This document shows positions 50,607 through 60,997 of a DNA stretch of 64,000 nucleotides, in pieces. The position numbers were made by a program, and so were the translations under genes. This stretch comes from an uncultured Actinomycetes bacterium (GTDB taxonomy: Bacteria; Actinomycetota; Thermoleophilia; UBA2241): positions 32,001 to 96,000 of the forward strand of contig CAVPVX010000006.1 of assembly GCA_963709345.1 (NCBI GenBank), written 5' to 3'. The notes under the pieces were generated by a model. That model made no database searches, was not told the origin of the DNA, and saw only the letters and a program-made list of their open reading frames with translations. The first letter of the stretch is position 1. Every line of letters starts with the position of its first letter.

Positions 50607-51074
50607 TCAGAACGGAATGTCGTCGTCGGACGTCTCGTGGAAGTCGCCGGACGGCGGTGTGGTCGGGCTGGACGCGCCGAAGTCGGTGCCCGGTTGCTGG
50701 CGTGCGGGCTGGCCACCGCCGCTACCGCCGCCGCCCTCGCGGGGGCCGATGAACTGGACGTTGTCGGCCATGATGGAGACGGCCTGACGCTTCTGGCCGT
50801 CCTGCGTCTCCCACTCGCGCCAGCGCAGCTTGCCGCTGACGGCGACCTGACGACCGCGCGCGAGGTACTGCGCGCAGCGCTCACCCTGACCGCCGAAGAC
50901 GTCCACGTCGAAGTAGTTGGCCTTGTCGCCCCACTCGCCGGTGGTCGGGTCCTTGACCCGGTCGTTCACTGCGACGCGCATGCTGCACACGCTCGTACCG
51001 CTCGGCGTGGCACGCAACTCAGGGTCGCGCGTCAGATTGCCGACGATGACGACGCTGTTGACTGATCCGGCCAC
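50607..51074 (-). CDS. ssb: Single-stranded DNA-binding protein
   Basis: GNLTRDPELR and DDDIPF tail. Confidence 0.97.
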   Translation of the reverse strand: MAGSVNSVVIVGNLTRDPELRATPSGTSVCSMRVAVNDRVKDPTTGEWGDKANYFDVDVFGGQGERCAQYLARGRQVAVSGKLRWREWETQDGQKRQAVSIMADNVQFIGPREGGGGSGGGQPARQQPGTDFGASSPTTPPSGDFHETSDDDIPF

Positions 51075-51102
51075 GGTGGACTCCCTTCCCTCGGACGTAC
51101 CG

Positions 51103-51390
51103 TTAGGACTTGAGCCGCTTGGTCTTGAAGCGCAAGACCTCGTCGGTGATGCTCAGCACGCGCTCGACTTCGCTGAGAGCCGGGGGTGTGGCCGTGAACG
51201 TGATGACCGTGTACACGCCTTCGGATTCCTTCTTGATCTCGTAGGCCATCTTCTTCTTGCCCCACTCGTCGATGCCGACAATGGTGCCCTCGGACTTCTC
51301 GACGGTGGCGCGAAGACGGTCGACGATCTCCTTCTGGCGATCCTCTTCCGCGTTCGGGTTCACGATGAGCATGAGCTCATACCTGTTTAT
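51103..51390 (-). CDS. rpsF: 30S ribosomal protein S6 (apparent ATA start)
   Basis: NRYELMLI and WGKKKMAYEI. AGGAGG lies 8 nt before ATA. Confidence 0.93.
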   Translation of the reverse strand: MNRYELMLIVNPNAEEDRQKEIVDRLRATVEKSEGTIVGIDEWGKKKMAYEIKKESEGVYTVITFTATPPALSEVERVLSITDEVLRFKTKRLKS

Positions 51391-51396
51391 CCCAAT

Positions 51397-51445
51397 CACC
51401 TCCTGTGGTCTGTGCGGCCCCAGCCCGTATGCTGGAGCAGGGGTG
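51397..51445 (-). promoter_or_regulatory. S6:S18 ribosomal-protein leader RNA
   Basis: CACCCCUG-CUCCAGC-loop-GCUGGGG-CCG-CACAGACCA-CAGGAGGUG: an SD-sequestering stem plus CCG motif directly upstream of rpsF. Confidence 0.75.
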
Positions 51446-51585
51446 AACAGTCGCCTTGCGGCGTCGTGAACGGGCACCATACCAGCCTCGCCCCTCTGCA
51501 GGCAAACCATAGCGCATGGTCGTGACGCCAGAAAGGATGACGCGAGGGTCGCGGCGGTGACGTTGGCGCCCGCGGCTCGGTTCGC

Positions 51586-52551
51586 TCAGGCTTCGGCGGC
51601 GAGCTCGCTGCTTGCCGTAGGCCGCGTCGGCACCTCGCGGAGCAGCAGTTCACCCTCGCTCATCCCCTCGACGCTCCAGATCACGGCGAGGCGAGGCAGT
51701 CCCTTCTCGTCGCTGTGCATGTGCACGAAGGCCGGCTTGACGCGAGCGAGGAGCTCGCGGGCGTAGGCGGCGTCACCCCCGAACGCGACGACAATGGTGT
51801 CTATGGCGCGGTGCACGGTCTCCGCGCGCAGCGTGGCCAAGCCTCCGACTCGCGGGTCGGAGGCCAGGAAGCTGAAGAACTCGCGCACCTCCTCCGCGTG
51901 GATCTCGCCGACGACGAGTCGGCCGGGGTCCATCCGTCGGGCTTTGGCGAACAGCGCCGGGACGTCCGTGTCCTCGTCCACGGTGAGGCGCACGCAGAAC
52001 GAGCGTTCCTTGAGCGCCGGCAGGTCGGGACCTCGCTCGATGGCGACGAAGCGGTCGTCCACCGAGACCAGTTCAAAGAGGGAGTTGAGCAGCGTCGACT
52101 TGCCCGTGGCGCGGTCGCCGAAGATGACCAGCGTGCGCCTGTCGCTCAGAAACTGCGAGAGCTTGGCGCCCTGGCCGCCGGTCAGGGTGCCGCCTTCGAG
52201 CAGGCCGCGGAGAGTGGTCGAGATCACGCCGGGCGCGCCGACGTCGCCGGCGTACATCACCGAAGTGTGCGAGAAGAGCGTGGCGCGACGCGCCACGAAG
52301 TGCTCGAGGTATGCCGTCACCTGCGCCTTGAGCAGGCTGCGAAGGATCTCGAGGTGCTCTCGCGTGCTCTCGCCGAGACGCGCGCGTTCGAGCTTGCTGA
52401 TGGAGGCGTCGATCTCGTTGATGAGCGCGACCTGGACGGCGCGCAGCGCGTCGTCGCGGCCGCCGGCCGCGACGACGCCGAACGAGCCGTCCGGCTCCGC
52501 GCCGGGGCTCTCCTCGAGAGGCGCGCCGGCGATGATGTCGTCGTCGTGCAT
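51586..52551 (-). CDS. Stand-alone CpaF/VirB11-like P-loop ATPase, truncated and divergent
   Basis: GDRATGKSTLL, AIE, RMDPGRLVVGEI. The His-box is replaced by LATLRA. Confidence 0.7.
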   Translation of the reverse strand: MHDDDIIAGAPLEESPGAEPDGSFGVVAAGGRDDALRAVQVALINEIDASISKLERARLGESTREHLEILRSLLKAQVTAYLEHFVARRATLFSHTSVMYAGDVGAPGVISTTLRGLLEGGTLTGGQGAKLSQFLSDRRTLVIFGDRATGKSTLLNSLFELVSVDDRFVAIERGPDLPALKERSFCVRLTVDEDTDVPALFAKARRMDPGRLVVGEIHAEEVREFFSFLASDPRVGGLATLRAETVHRAIDTIVVAFGGDAAYARELLARVKPAFVHMHSDEKGLPRLAVIWSVEGMSEGELLLREVPTRPTASSELAAEA

Positions 52552-52643
52552 GTTCCGCCCGTCTGTCGCACGCGCTCCCTGCGCGTGCAGACGTCCTCCG
52601 TATCGGCAGAGTAAGGGGTCGGGATGAGTGGTATCGTCGAAGC

Positions 52644-52892
52644 ATGACCACTGCCGCCGCCACCTATGTCGTGAAGCTCTTCGCCGGACTCGAGTCTCGC
52701 ACTCGCGATGCGCGCACCACCCTCGACGTCCCGCCGGCGGAGGCGCCTACCGTCGCTGCGCTCACGCTGCGCCTCGGCTTGGCTCCCGGAGCGACCGGCC
52801 TCGTGCTGGTGAACGGCCTCCACGCGCCGGCCGATCGGGAGCTGCGGGCCGGTGACGAGGTGTCGCTCTTCCCGCCGCTGGGGGGCGGGTGA
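52644..52892 (+). CDS. MoaD/ThiS sulfur carrier
   Basis: VKLFAGL...GDEVSLFPPLGGG. Confidence 0.88.
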   Translation: MTTAAATYVVKLFAGLESRTRDARTTLDVPPAEAPTVAALTLRLGLAPGATGLVLVNGLHAPADRELRAGDEVSLFPPLGGG

Positions 52893-53692
52893 CGGCCGGG
52901 GCGCCCGACGCACCCGGTTCGCCGTCGGCCCCGGAGTGCTTCTCGCGAGAGCGGCCCCGCTCGCCGTCGCCGGGGTCCACGGCCGGCGCCCGCCCGCCGC
53001 GCCGTAGCGGCCACCGCTTCGCGTACGCGATCGTCGCTCTCCTGGGCGGCGCGACCTTGGTCTGCGTCGGGCTCATCGTGGCGCGGTTCTGGTACTCGCA
53101 CACGTACCACTACTGGTTCCTGCTCTGGAACCTCCTGCTCGCGTGGGTGCCGTTCGTCTTCGCCGCCATCGCTTACCAGCTCGCCTCGGCGCGCCGCGCG
53201 TTCCTGTACGTCCTCATCGTCGCGGCGGCGATCATCTGGCTGGCGTTCTTCCCCAACGCGCCGTACATCCTCACCGACTTCCTCCACCTCGGAAGCATGG
53301 GCGACATCGTCCCCGGCTGGTACGACGTGCTCATGCTTTACTGGTTCGCCTGGGCCGGCCTTATGCTGGGCGTCGTCTCGCTCTACCTGATGCACGACAT
53401 CGTCACTCGCGGCCTCGGTGTCGCCGCCGGCTGGGTGTTCGTGGTGGTGGCCGCCGGCCTCGGGAGCTTCGGCATCTACCTCGGCCGGTTCCTGCGCTGG
53501 AACAGCTGGGACCTTGTGCGCCGCCCCGGACCGCTCGCCGACGAACTGCTTGGCCGGGTCACCGATCCCGCCTCGCAGCCACGCCTGCTCGGATTCACGC
53601 TCCTCTTCGCGCTGCTCTTTCTCTTCATCTACGTGGCGGTGTACATCTTCGCCAAGCTGACGAAGCCCGGCGGTGAGCCCGAGATCCGCTGA
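52889..53692 (+). CDS. DUF1361 family membrane protein
   Basis: LLWNLLLAWVP, FFPNAPYILTD and GRFLRWNSWD. Confidence 0.85.
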   Translation: MTAGAPDAPGSPSAPECFSRERPRSPSPGSTAGARPPRRSGHRFAYAIVALLGGATLVCVGLIVARFWYSHTYHYWFLLWNLLLAWVPFVFAAIAYQLASARRAFLYVLIVAAAIIWLAFFPNAPYILTDFLHLGSMGDIVPGWYDVLMLYWFAWAGLMLGVVSLYLMHDIVTRGLGVAAGWVFVVVAAGLGSFGIYLGRFLRWNSWDLVRRPGPLADELLGRVTDPASQPRLLGFTLLFALLFLFIYVAVYIFAKLTKPGGEPEIR

Positions 53693-53797
53693 GGAGCGCC
53701 GCCGGTGCGGGCATCGGGCCGGCGCGGGCGCGAGCGCCCTCGACTATCGGCCGCAAGAGTCCTTGCCGCCCGGGTGAGCGGTGCTAGACTTCGCCAC

Positions 53798-53983
53798 ATG
53801 GCACATGGCAACATCCCCAGACTCATCGAGGCGCTCAAGGCGCAGGCCGGTGACGAGAAGCGTCTTGCCTGCGCCGACGCCTTCCGAATCGCTCGCGACC
53901 TCGACGTGCCGGTCGCGGAGATCGGTCGCACCTGCAACGAGCTGGGCATCAAGATGGTGCAGTGCCAGCTCGGCTGTTTCTGA
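53798..53983 (+). CDS. Small CQLGCF-ending protein, leaderless
   Basis: LACADAF...IGRTCNELGIKMVQCQLGCF. TTGCCG-16 nt-TAGACT lies 7 nt before the ATG. Confidence 0.75.
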   Translation: MAHGNIPRLIEALKAQAGDEKRLACADAFRIARDLDVPVAEIGRTCNELGIKMVQCQLGCF

Positions 53984-54237
53984 GCGATTCGTAGCCAGGC
54001 GCCGCCGCTGCGTAGCCGATCAGGACGCGCGTTCCGGCCGGTGCTTTCGCGAACCACGCGATTCCCTCTTCGCCCGCATGCGCCGGGCTCGTGACCTCTT
54101 GGTTATCCGCCGTCCCGCTTCGGGAAAGGGACGACCATGACCTATCTGGTGGCGGCGCCGTCAATGCGACGGGAGACCGTCGCTCCTTGACCCTTCGAGC
54201 GACCGGGCGTGCGCGCTCCGGTCCACATGAGGTGAGA

Positions 54238-55863
54238 ATGATGGCTCCCGCGAGTTCGGCATCAGAAGTGGAGCAGTATCAGATGTACATCGACGGCCGC
54301 TGGGTCGCGGCGGCCGATGGCAGGACCGACGACATCGTGGATCCCACGTCGGAGGAAGTGATCGCCCGGGTGCCGAGGGCCGGCGTCGCCGACGCGGAGG
54401 CGGCGGTCCGCGCCGCCAGGGAGGCGTTCGACCACGGTCCCTGGCCGCGCATGAAGGCGGTGGAGCGCGCGGAGATCCTGAGGCGGGCCGCCGCCGGGCT
54501 GCGCGAACGCTCGGACGAGCTGGCTCGTCTCGAGAGCATGCAGATGGGCAAGCTGCTCGAGGAGGCGCTGGTGGACATGGACGACACCGCGCACACGTTC
54601 GAGTTGTACGCCGGCATGGTCCAGGACCAGCACGGAGAGACGCTGGAGGTCCCGGGCGAGACGATGAGCATGGTCGTGCACGAGCCAGTCGGGGTCACCG
54701 TGGGCATCACGCCGTGGAACTACCCGATGCTGATGGCCGCCTGGAAGGCGGCTCCGTCCCTCGCGGCGGGGAATGTGATGATCCTCAAGCCCGCCAGCAT
54801 CAGCCCGCTGACCAATCTGGAGCTGGCGCGCATCTTCGAAGAGGCGGGTCTCCCCAAGGGCGTCTTTCAGGTCGTCACCGGCCCGGGCGTCGAGATCGGC
54901 GACTACCTGGCCGGCCACGCCGATGTGGACATGGTGGCCTTCACCGGCTCCGTCGACGTCGGCAAGCACATCATGCGCAAGGCCGCCGACAACGTGAAGA
55001 GGATCGGCTTGGAGCTGGGCGGCAAGAGCCCGAACATCGTGTTCGCCGACGCCGACTTCGAGGCTGCCATCGACGGCGCGCTGATCGGCATCTTCGCCGG
55101 CGCCGGCGAGGTGTGCTCGGCGGGGTCGCGACTGCTTGTGGAGAGGTCGCTCCACGACCGCTTCGTCGGCGAGCTCGTGAGCCGGGCCATGGCGATCAAG
55201 GTCGGCGACCCCCTTGCCCGTGACAGCGAGATGGGCCCGCTCGTCAGCCGGCAGCAGCTCGAGGCCGTGGACCGGTACGTGCGCATCGGCCTCGAGGAGG
55301 GCGCCGCTCTGGCCACCGGTGGTCACCGCCTCAACGGCGCCGGGTACTACTACGAGCCCACCATCTTCGTGAACGTCGACAACTCGATGCGCATCGCCCA
55401 GGAGGAGATCTTCGGGCCGGTGCTCGTCGTGATCCCATTCGACAGCGAGGAGGAAGCGGTCCGCATCGCCAACGACACGATCTACGGGCTCGCGGGCGCC
55501 GTGTGGACCAAGGACGTCGCCCGGGCGATGCGCGTGGTCAAGTCCCTGCGCGCCGGCATCACCTGGGTGAACACCTATCACCCCACGTACAGCGAGGCTC
55601 CGTGGGGCGGCTACAAGCAGAGCGGCATCGGCCGCGAGCTGGGCAGCTATGGTCTCGACGAATACACCGAGGTCAAGCAGATCAATATCGACCTCACCGG
55701 CGAGCCGATGGGCGTGTACCAGCGTGGTAAGGCCGGGGCTGTGGGTGAGGCCACCGGCAGCGGCCGCGGGAGGATCGTGCCGCTCAGCGACCGACGCCCG
55801 TTCCGCGAGGGCGACAGCGCGAAGGACGAAGCGTGGGTCCAGTTCTGCGAGAACTGCAGCTGA
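54238..55863 (+). CDS. NAD(P)-dependent aldehyde dehydrogenase (betaine-aldehyde DH-like)
   Basis: ITPWNYP, LELGGKSP, GEVCSAG and EEIFGPV. Confidence 0.92.
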   Translation: MMAPASSASEVEQYQMYIDGRWVAAADGRTDDIVDPTSEEVIARVPRAGVADAEAAVRAAREAFDHGPWPRMKAVERAEILRRAAAGLRERSDELARLESMQMGKLLEEALVDMDDTAHTFELYAGMVQDQHGETLEVPGETMSMVVHEPVGVTVGITPWNYPMLMAAWKAAPSLAAGNVMILKPASISPLTNLELARIFEEAGLPKGVFQVVTGPGVEIGDYLAGHADVDMVAFTGSVDVGKHIMRKAADNVKRIGLELGGKSPNIVFADADFEAAIDGALIGIFAGAGEVCSAGSRLLVERSLHDRFVGELVSRAMAIKVGDPLARDSEMGPLVSRQQLEAVDRYVRIGLEEGAALATGGHRLNGAGYYYEPTIFVNVDNSMRIAQEEIFGPVLVVIPFDSEEEAVRIANDTIYGLAGAVWTKDVARAMRVVKSLRAGITWVNTYHPTYSEAPWGGYKQSGIGRELGSYGLDEYTEVKQINIDLTGEPMGVYQRGKAGAVGEATGSGRGRIVPLSDRRPFREGDSAKDEAWVQFCENCS

Positions 55864-56010
55864 CGGGCGCCTGACGGAGGCGCGGCGCGTGAGCCGCAGG
55901 GCCCTGCCGGGTAAGCAGGGCTCACGAGGCGCGCGCCTTCGGCGCGCGGCAGGCACGGTGGCCGGGGCGGCTTCGCCCGCCGGCCAACGGGGAGTTGGGG
56001 AGGTCCACAT

Positions 56011-57519
<1,509 letters not shown>

Positions 57520-57722
57520 GGCCGGCGGGCCCGAGGGCCCGCCGCAGAGCACGGCTCGAAGAGGCTCGGACGGGCAGGCGGTCGGAGCGCGAGACGCTTG
57601 AACCTCGCGCGCGTGACGGCCGGGAGCCACGGCGAAAGGAGGTACGCGACATTGACTGACTTACGAGGTGCGGCGCGCTAGTCGCCCCGCACGCGGTGCT
57701 ACCGCGCGCCGCACCAAAGCCG

Positions 57723-57757
57723 GGGGCGGCAGGCCTGAGGGCCTGCCGCCCCTCTTC
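57723..57757 (+). terminator. Intrinsic terminator-like hairpin
   Basis: GGGGCGGCAGGCC-TGAG-GGCCTGCCGCCCC forms a 13-bp stem followed by TCTTC. Confidence 0.7.
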
Positions 57758-57828
57758 ACGTACGGGGCGCGATCCGGCTTACCTGCCACGGTGTCCAAGC
57801 GAGGATCGAAGGTCTTCCCGATACGTTC

Positions 57829-57858
57829 TTGCGCCGACGCTAAGGATTTCCTTACAAT
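57829..57858 (+). promoter_or_regulatory. Sigma70-type promoter for the riboswitch operon
   Basis: TTGCGC-18 nt-TACAAT, ending 7 nt before the riboswitch P1. Confidence 0.65.
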
Positions 57859-57865
57859 GGCGGAG

Positions 57866-57966
57866 CTTCTCCGAGCGCCGGCTTCCTAAGGGCCTTGGCC
57901 TATGGAGCCGGATGCCGGCAGGGTACAGCGGGAAACCGCCGTGTCTCCCAGTGCGGAAAGGAGAAG
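57866..57966 (+). ncRNA. Moco RNA motif riboswitch lacking P3 (Tuco/Wco type)
   Basis: P1 CTTCTCC/GGAGAAG; CCGAG; P2 with CCTAAG...TATGG receptor; CAGGGT...GGAAAC tetraloop...CTCCC; GGAAAGGAG. Upstream of wtpAB. Confidence 0.85.
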
Positions 57967-58137
57967 GCGACCTTCGGGCCTTTCCGCGTGCGGTGGGCTC
58001 TTCTCTTCGCCCCCGTCCGCGGCGCCGTGTGCACATGGCGGGCCCTCGCCGTCTTCCGCCTCGCCGCTCTCGGACGCACGGCCTCTCGCCCCCTCGCCTC
58101 GGGGCAGCGGCAAGGGAACCTGGGGAGGAGTGAGAGC

Positions 58138-59817
58138 ATGAAGACGAGACTGACCTTGGTGGTGGCCGCCGCGGTCGTGCTGCTGCTGGCGAGCGTCGCC
58201 CCGGCGCTGGCGCGCGCGGAGCGGGGCGGCGACGCCGTCCCCTACGCGTGGCTCCTGCAGTTGCGGGGCGCGAAGAAGCAGACCATGACCAGCATGGCGT
58301 TCCGCAACTGGACCAAGCAGCGGTTCGTCGAGCGGACCGTCGTCGACGACAACAAGACGCCCGACGACCCGAGCGACGACCTCAGCTACACGGGTGTCGC
58401 GCTCTGGCGCCTCGTCGGTCGCGTCGACGACAAGAACCCGGCGACCTTCAACGTGAAGCGCGCCACCACGGGCGCCGGCTACAACGTCGTCGTGGAGGCC
58501 GTCGACGGCTTCAGCGCCGTCTTCACCAGTGCCGAGGTCGCGACCCTCAAGAACAAGCTCGTGGTCGCCAACCGCGTCAACGGCGTGCCGCTCGACCTGG
58601 GCGCCGCCTCGATCAAGAACGCCGGCGAGCCGGACCAGTACGCCGCCTGGAAGCCGACCTGGCCGCTCAAGCTGGTCTCCAGTGACGGCAGCATCTTCGG
58701 CAACCGCAAGCCGGCGGGCGTGGTGCGCATCAGCATCGTGCCGGCGACGGCGGACGCCCGCGCGGTCGACGCCGTCCCCTACGCGTGGCTCCTGCAGTTG
58801 CGGGGCGCGAAGAAGCAGACCATGACCAGCATGGCGTTCCGCAACTGGACCAAGCAGCGGTTCGTCGAGCGGACCGTCGTCGACGACAACAAGACGCCCG
58901 ACGACCCGAGCGACGACCTCAGCTACACGGGTGTCGCGCTCTGGCGCCTCGTCGGTCGCGTCGACGACAAGAACCCGGCGACCTTCAACGTGAAGCGCGC
59001 CACCACGGGCGCCGGCTACAACGTCGTCGTGGAGGCCGTCGACGGCTTCAGCGCCGTCTTCACCAGTGCCGAGGTCGCGACCCTCAAGAACAAGCTCGTG
59101 GTCGCCAACCGCGTCAACGGCGTGCCGCTCGACCTGGGCGCCGCCTCGATCAAGAACGCCGGCGAGCCGGACCAGTACGCCGCCTGGAAGCCGACCTGGC
59201 CGCTCAAGCTGGTCTCCAGTGACGGCAGCATCTTCGGCAACCGCAAGCCGGCGGGCGTGGTGCGCATCAGCATCGTGCCGGCGACGGGAGCCACCGCGAG
59301 CACACCCCCTTCTGAGCAGGCGGCCGGTGACACATCGACGGCAGGGGCGAAGGCCGCGTCGGACGACCCGCCGGCCGGAGGCTGGACGCTGACCCTGCAA
59401 GGCAGGCTCAAGCGCGTGCTCAAGATCGCGAAGTTCCCGGTCAAGGTGGCCTGGGACGGCCGCAAGGCGGGCAACATCAACCCTTCGCTGCGGTACGTGT
59501 ACAAGGGCCAGTCGCTCTACAGGCTGCTCGCGCTCGTCGACGACAAGCGCCCCCGGTCGTTCAACCTGGCCCAGGCGAAGAAGGGCTACACGATCCAGTT
59601 CATCTGTCGCGACGGCTACAAGCCGAAGATCAAGAGCAGGCAGGTCCTGAAGAACGGCAAGCCGCGCAAGACCTGGATCGTCGCCAAGCTCAAGGCAGGC
59701 AAACGGCTTGAAGGTAAGGAGGCCCCCTTCCGCTTCGTCGGGGGCCCGCCGATCACGCAGCCGTTCAACAACAAGCTGTCCGCCCACGGCGTCATCAGGA
59801 TACGGCTCATCTTCTGA
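58138..59817 (+). CDS. Secreted basic protein with three sulfite-oxidase/Oxidored_molyb-like domains (two identical)
   Basis: GGAGGAG RBS and signal peptide (ALA). Each domain shows YxGxxLxRL...DG(F/Y)...P(L/F)(K/R)(L/F)V...GV(V/I)RI. Confidence 0.7.
   Translation: MKTRLTLVVAAAVVLLLASVAPALARAERGGDAVPYAWLLQLRGAKKQTMTSMAFRNWTKQRFVERTVVDDNKTPDDPSDDLSYTGVALWRLVGRVDDKNPATFNVKRATTGAGYNVVVEAVDGFSAVFTSAEVATLKNKLVVANRVNGVPLDLGAASIKNAGEPDQYAAWKPTWPLKLVSSDGSIFGNRKPAGVVRISIVPATADARAVDAVPYAWLLQLRGAKKQTMTSMAFRNWTKQRFVERTVVDDNKTPDDPSDDLSYTGVALWRLVGRVDDKNPATFNVKRATTGAGYNVVVEAVDGFSAVFTSAEVATLKNKLVVANRVNGVPLDLGAASIKNAGEPDQYAAWKPTWPLKLVSSDGSIFGNRKPAGVVRISIVPATGATASTPPSEQAAGDTSTAGAKAASDDPPAGGWTLTLQGRLKRVLKIAKFPVKVAWDGRKAGNINPSLRYVYKGQSLYRLLALVDDKRPRSFNLAQAKKGYTIQFICRDGYKPKIKSRQVLKNGKPRKTWIVAKLKAGKRLEGKEAPFRFVGGPPITQPFNNKLSAHGVIRIRLIF
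58230..59287 (+). repeat. Apparently perfect 521-bp tandem duplication (period 537 bp, 179 codons)
   Basis: 58230-58750 equals 58767-59287 by eye. Off-frame ORFs 58248..58685 and 58785..59222 translate identically. Confidence 0.9.
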
Positions 59818-59913
59818 GCCGTTCGCATCCCGGCAGCTGCGGCGCGACGGGGGTTTCTCGCCCATTCTCCCCGTCGCGCCGCAGCCGGGAACCCGTCACC
59901 GGAAGGAGCCGGA

Positions 59914-60966
59914 ATGAGGATTCGTAGGATCACGCTGGGGGCGGCGCTGCTCGCGGTCGTCGCGGCGACCGCCGTCCTGGCGGCCGGTGCGTTCGTGCCG
60001 GGCGGGGCCCAACAGGCCAAGGCCGATGGCGCCGTGGTGCTCACGCTCACGGTCGGCGGCAACGCCACTGAGTTCACGATGGACGAACTGGAGGCCCTGC
60101 CCGTCTACGAGGGCTACTCCGGCATGAAGAACAGCGCCGGTACCGTCTTCCCGCCGGTGCCGGTGAAGGGCGTGAAGCTCACCGATCTGCTCGCCGAGGC
60201 GGGCGGTATGACGACGCTCAGTGCCTGCGACATCACCGCATCCGACAACTACGGGATGACGTACACGTACGACCAGGTCGTCAACGGCAACGGCATCCAG
60301 ATGTACAACGCGACGACCAAGGCGAAGGAGGCTCCCAAGGTCCCGTGGTCTCTCGTCCTGATCTACGAGCAGGACGGCGCTCCGATCGCGCCGGCGCCCG
60401 GCGGCCCCGGTCCGCTGAGGCTCGTCGCCGCCCAGGAGACCGATGTGAACCAGGTCGCCGACGGGCACCTGCTCGTGAAGTGGGTCTCGAGGGTCACGTT
60501 GCGCGGCGCCGTCAAGGAGTGGAAGGTCAGGATGTACGGCCTCAAGAAGAAGAACCGTCCGCGCCAGACCACCACGCTCGATCGCACCTCCTTTGACTCC
60601 TGCGCCGCCCCCTTCTGTCACGGCTCGTCCTGGACGAGCTCGGCCAAGAAGATGTGGTCGGGCGTCCCCCTCTTCCTGCTCATCGGCCAAGTGGACGGCG
60701 GTCCCAGCCACGACAGCTACAAGGCGTACAACGAGTTGCTCGCCATCAGGGGCTATCGCATCAAGCTCGTGTCGGCGACCGGCAAGACCGCCATCATCAC
60801 ATCGCGCACGGCACGGCATCGCACCAGGATCATCCTTGCCAACAAGGTGATGGGGTCAGAGCTCACCACGAGGTACTACCCACTTCGTTTGGTCGGCCCC
60901 ACGAAGTACGTCCCGTCGCGAAAGACGATCGGACGCATCACCAAGATCGTGCTGCTGCCCAAGTGA
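59914..60966 (+). CDS. Secreted protein with two Oxidored_molyb-like domains and CxxxxCH motif
   Basis: Signal peptide (AKA); FTMDELEALP, KGVKLTDLL, ASDNYGMTY, GPLRLV, KWV and CAAPFCHG. Confidence 0.75.
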   Translation: MRIRRITLGAALLAVVAATAVLAAGAFVPGGAQQAKADGAVVLTLTVGGNATEFTMDELEALPVYEGYSGMKNSAGTVFPPVPVKGVKLTDLLAEAGGMTTLSACDITASDNYGMTYTYDQVVNGNGIQMYNATTKAKEAPKVPWSLVLIYEQDGAPIAPAPGGPGPLRLVAAQETDVNQVADGHLLVKWVSRVTLRGAVKEWKVRMYGLKKKNRPRQTTTLDRTSFDSCAAPFCHGSSWTSSAKKMWSGVPLFLLIGQVDGGPSHDSYKAYNELLAIRGYRIKLVSATGKTAIITSRTARHRTRIILANKVMGSELTTRYYPLRLVGPTKYVPSRKTIGRITKIVLLPK

Positions 60967-60997
60967 GCCCGCGACACATGGCTGAAGGAGGCCGACG

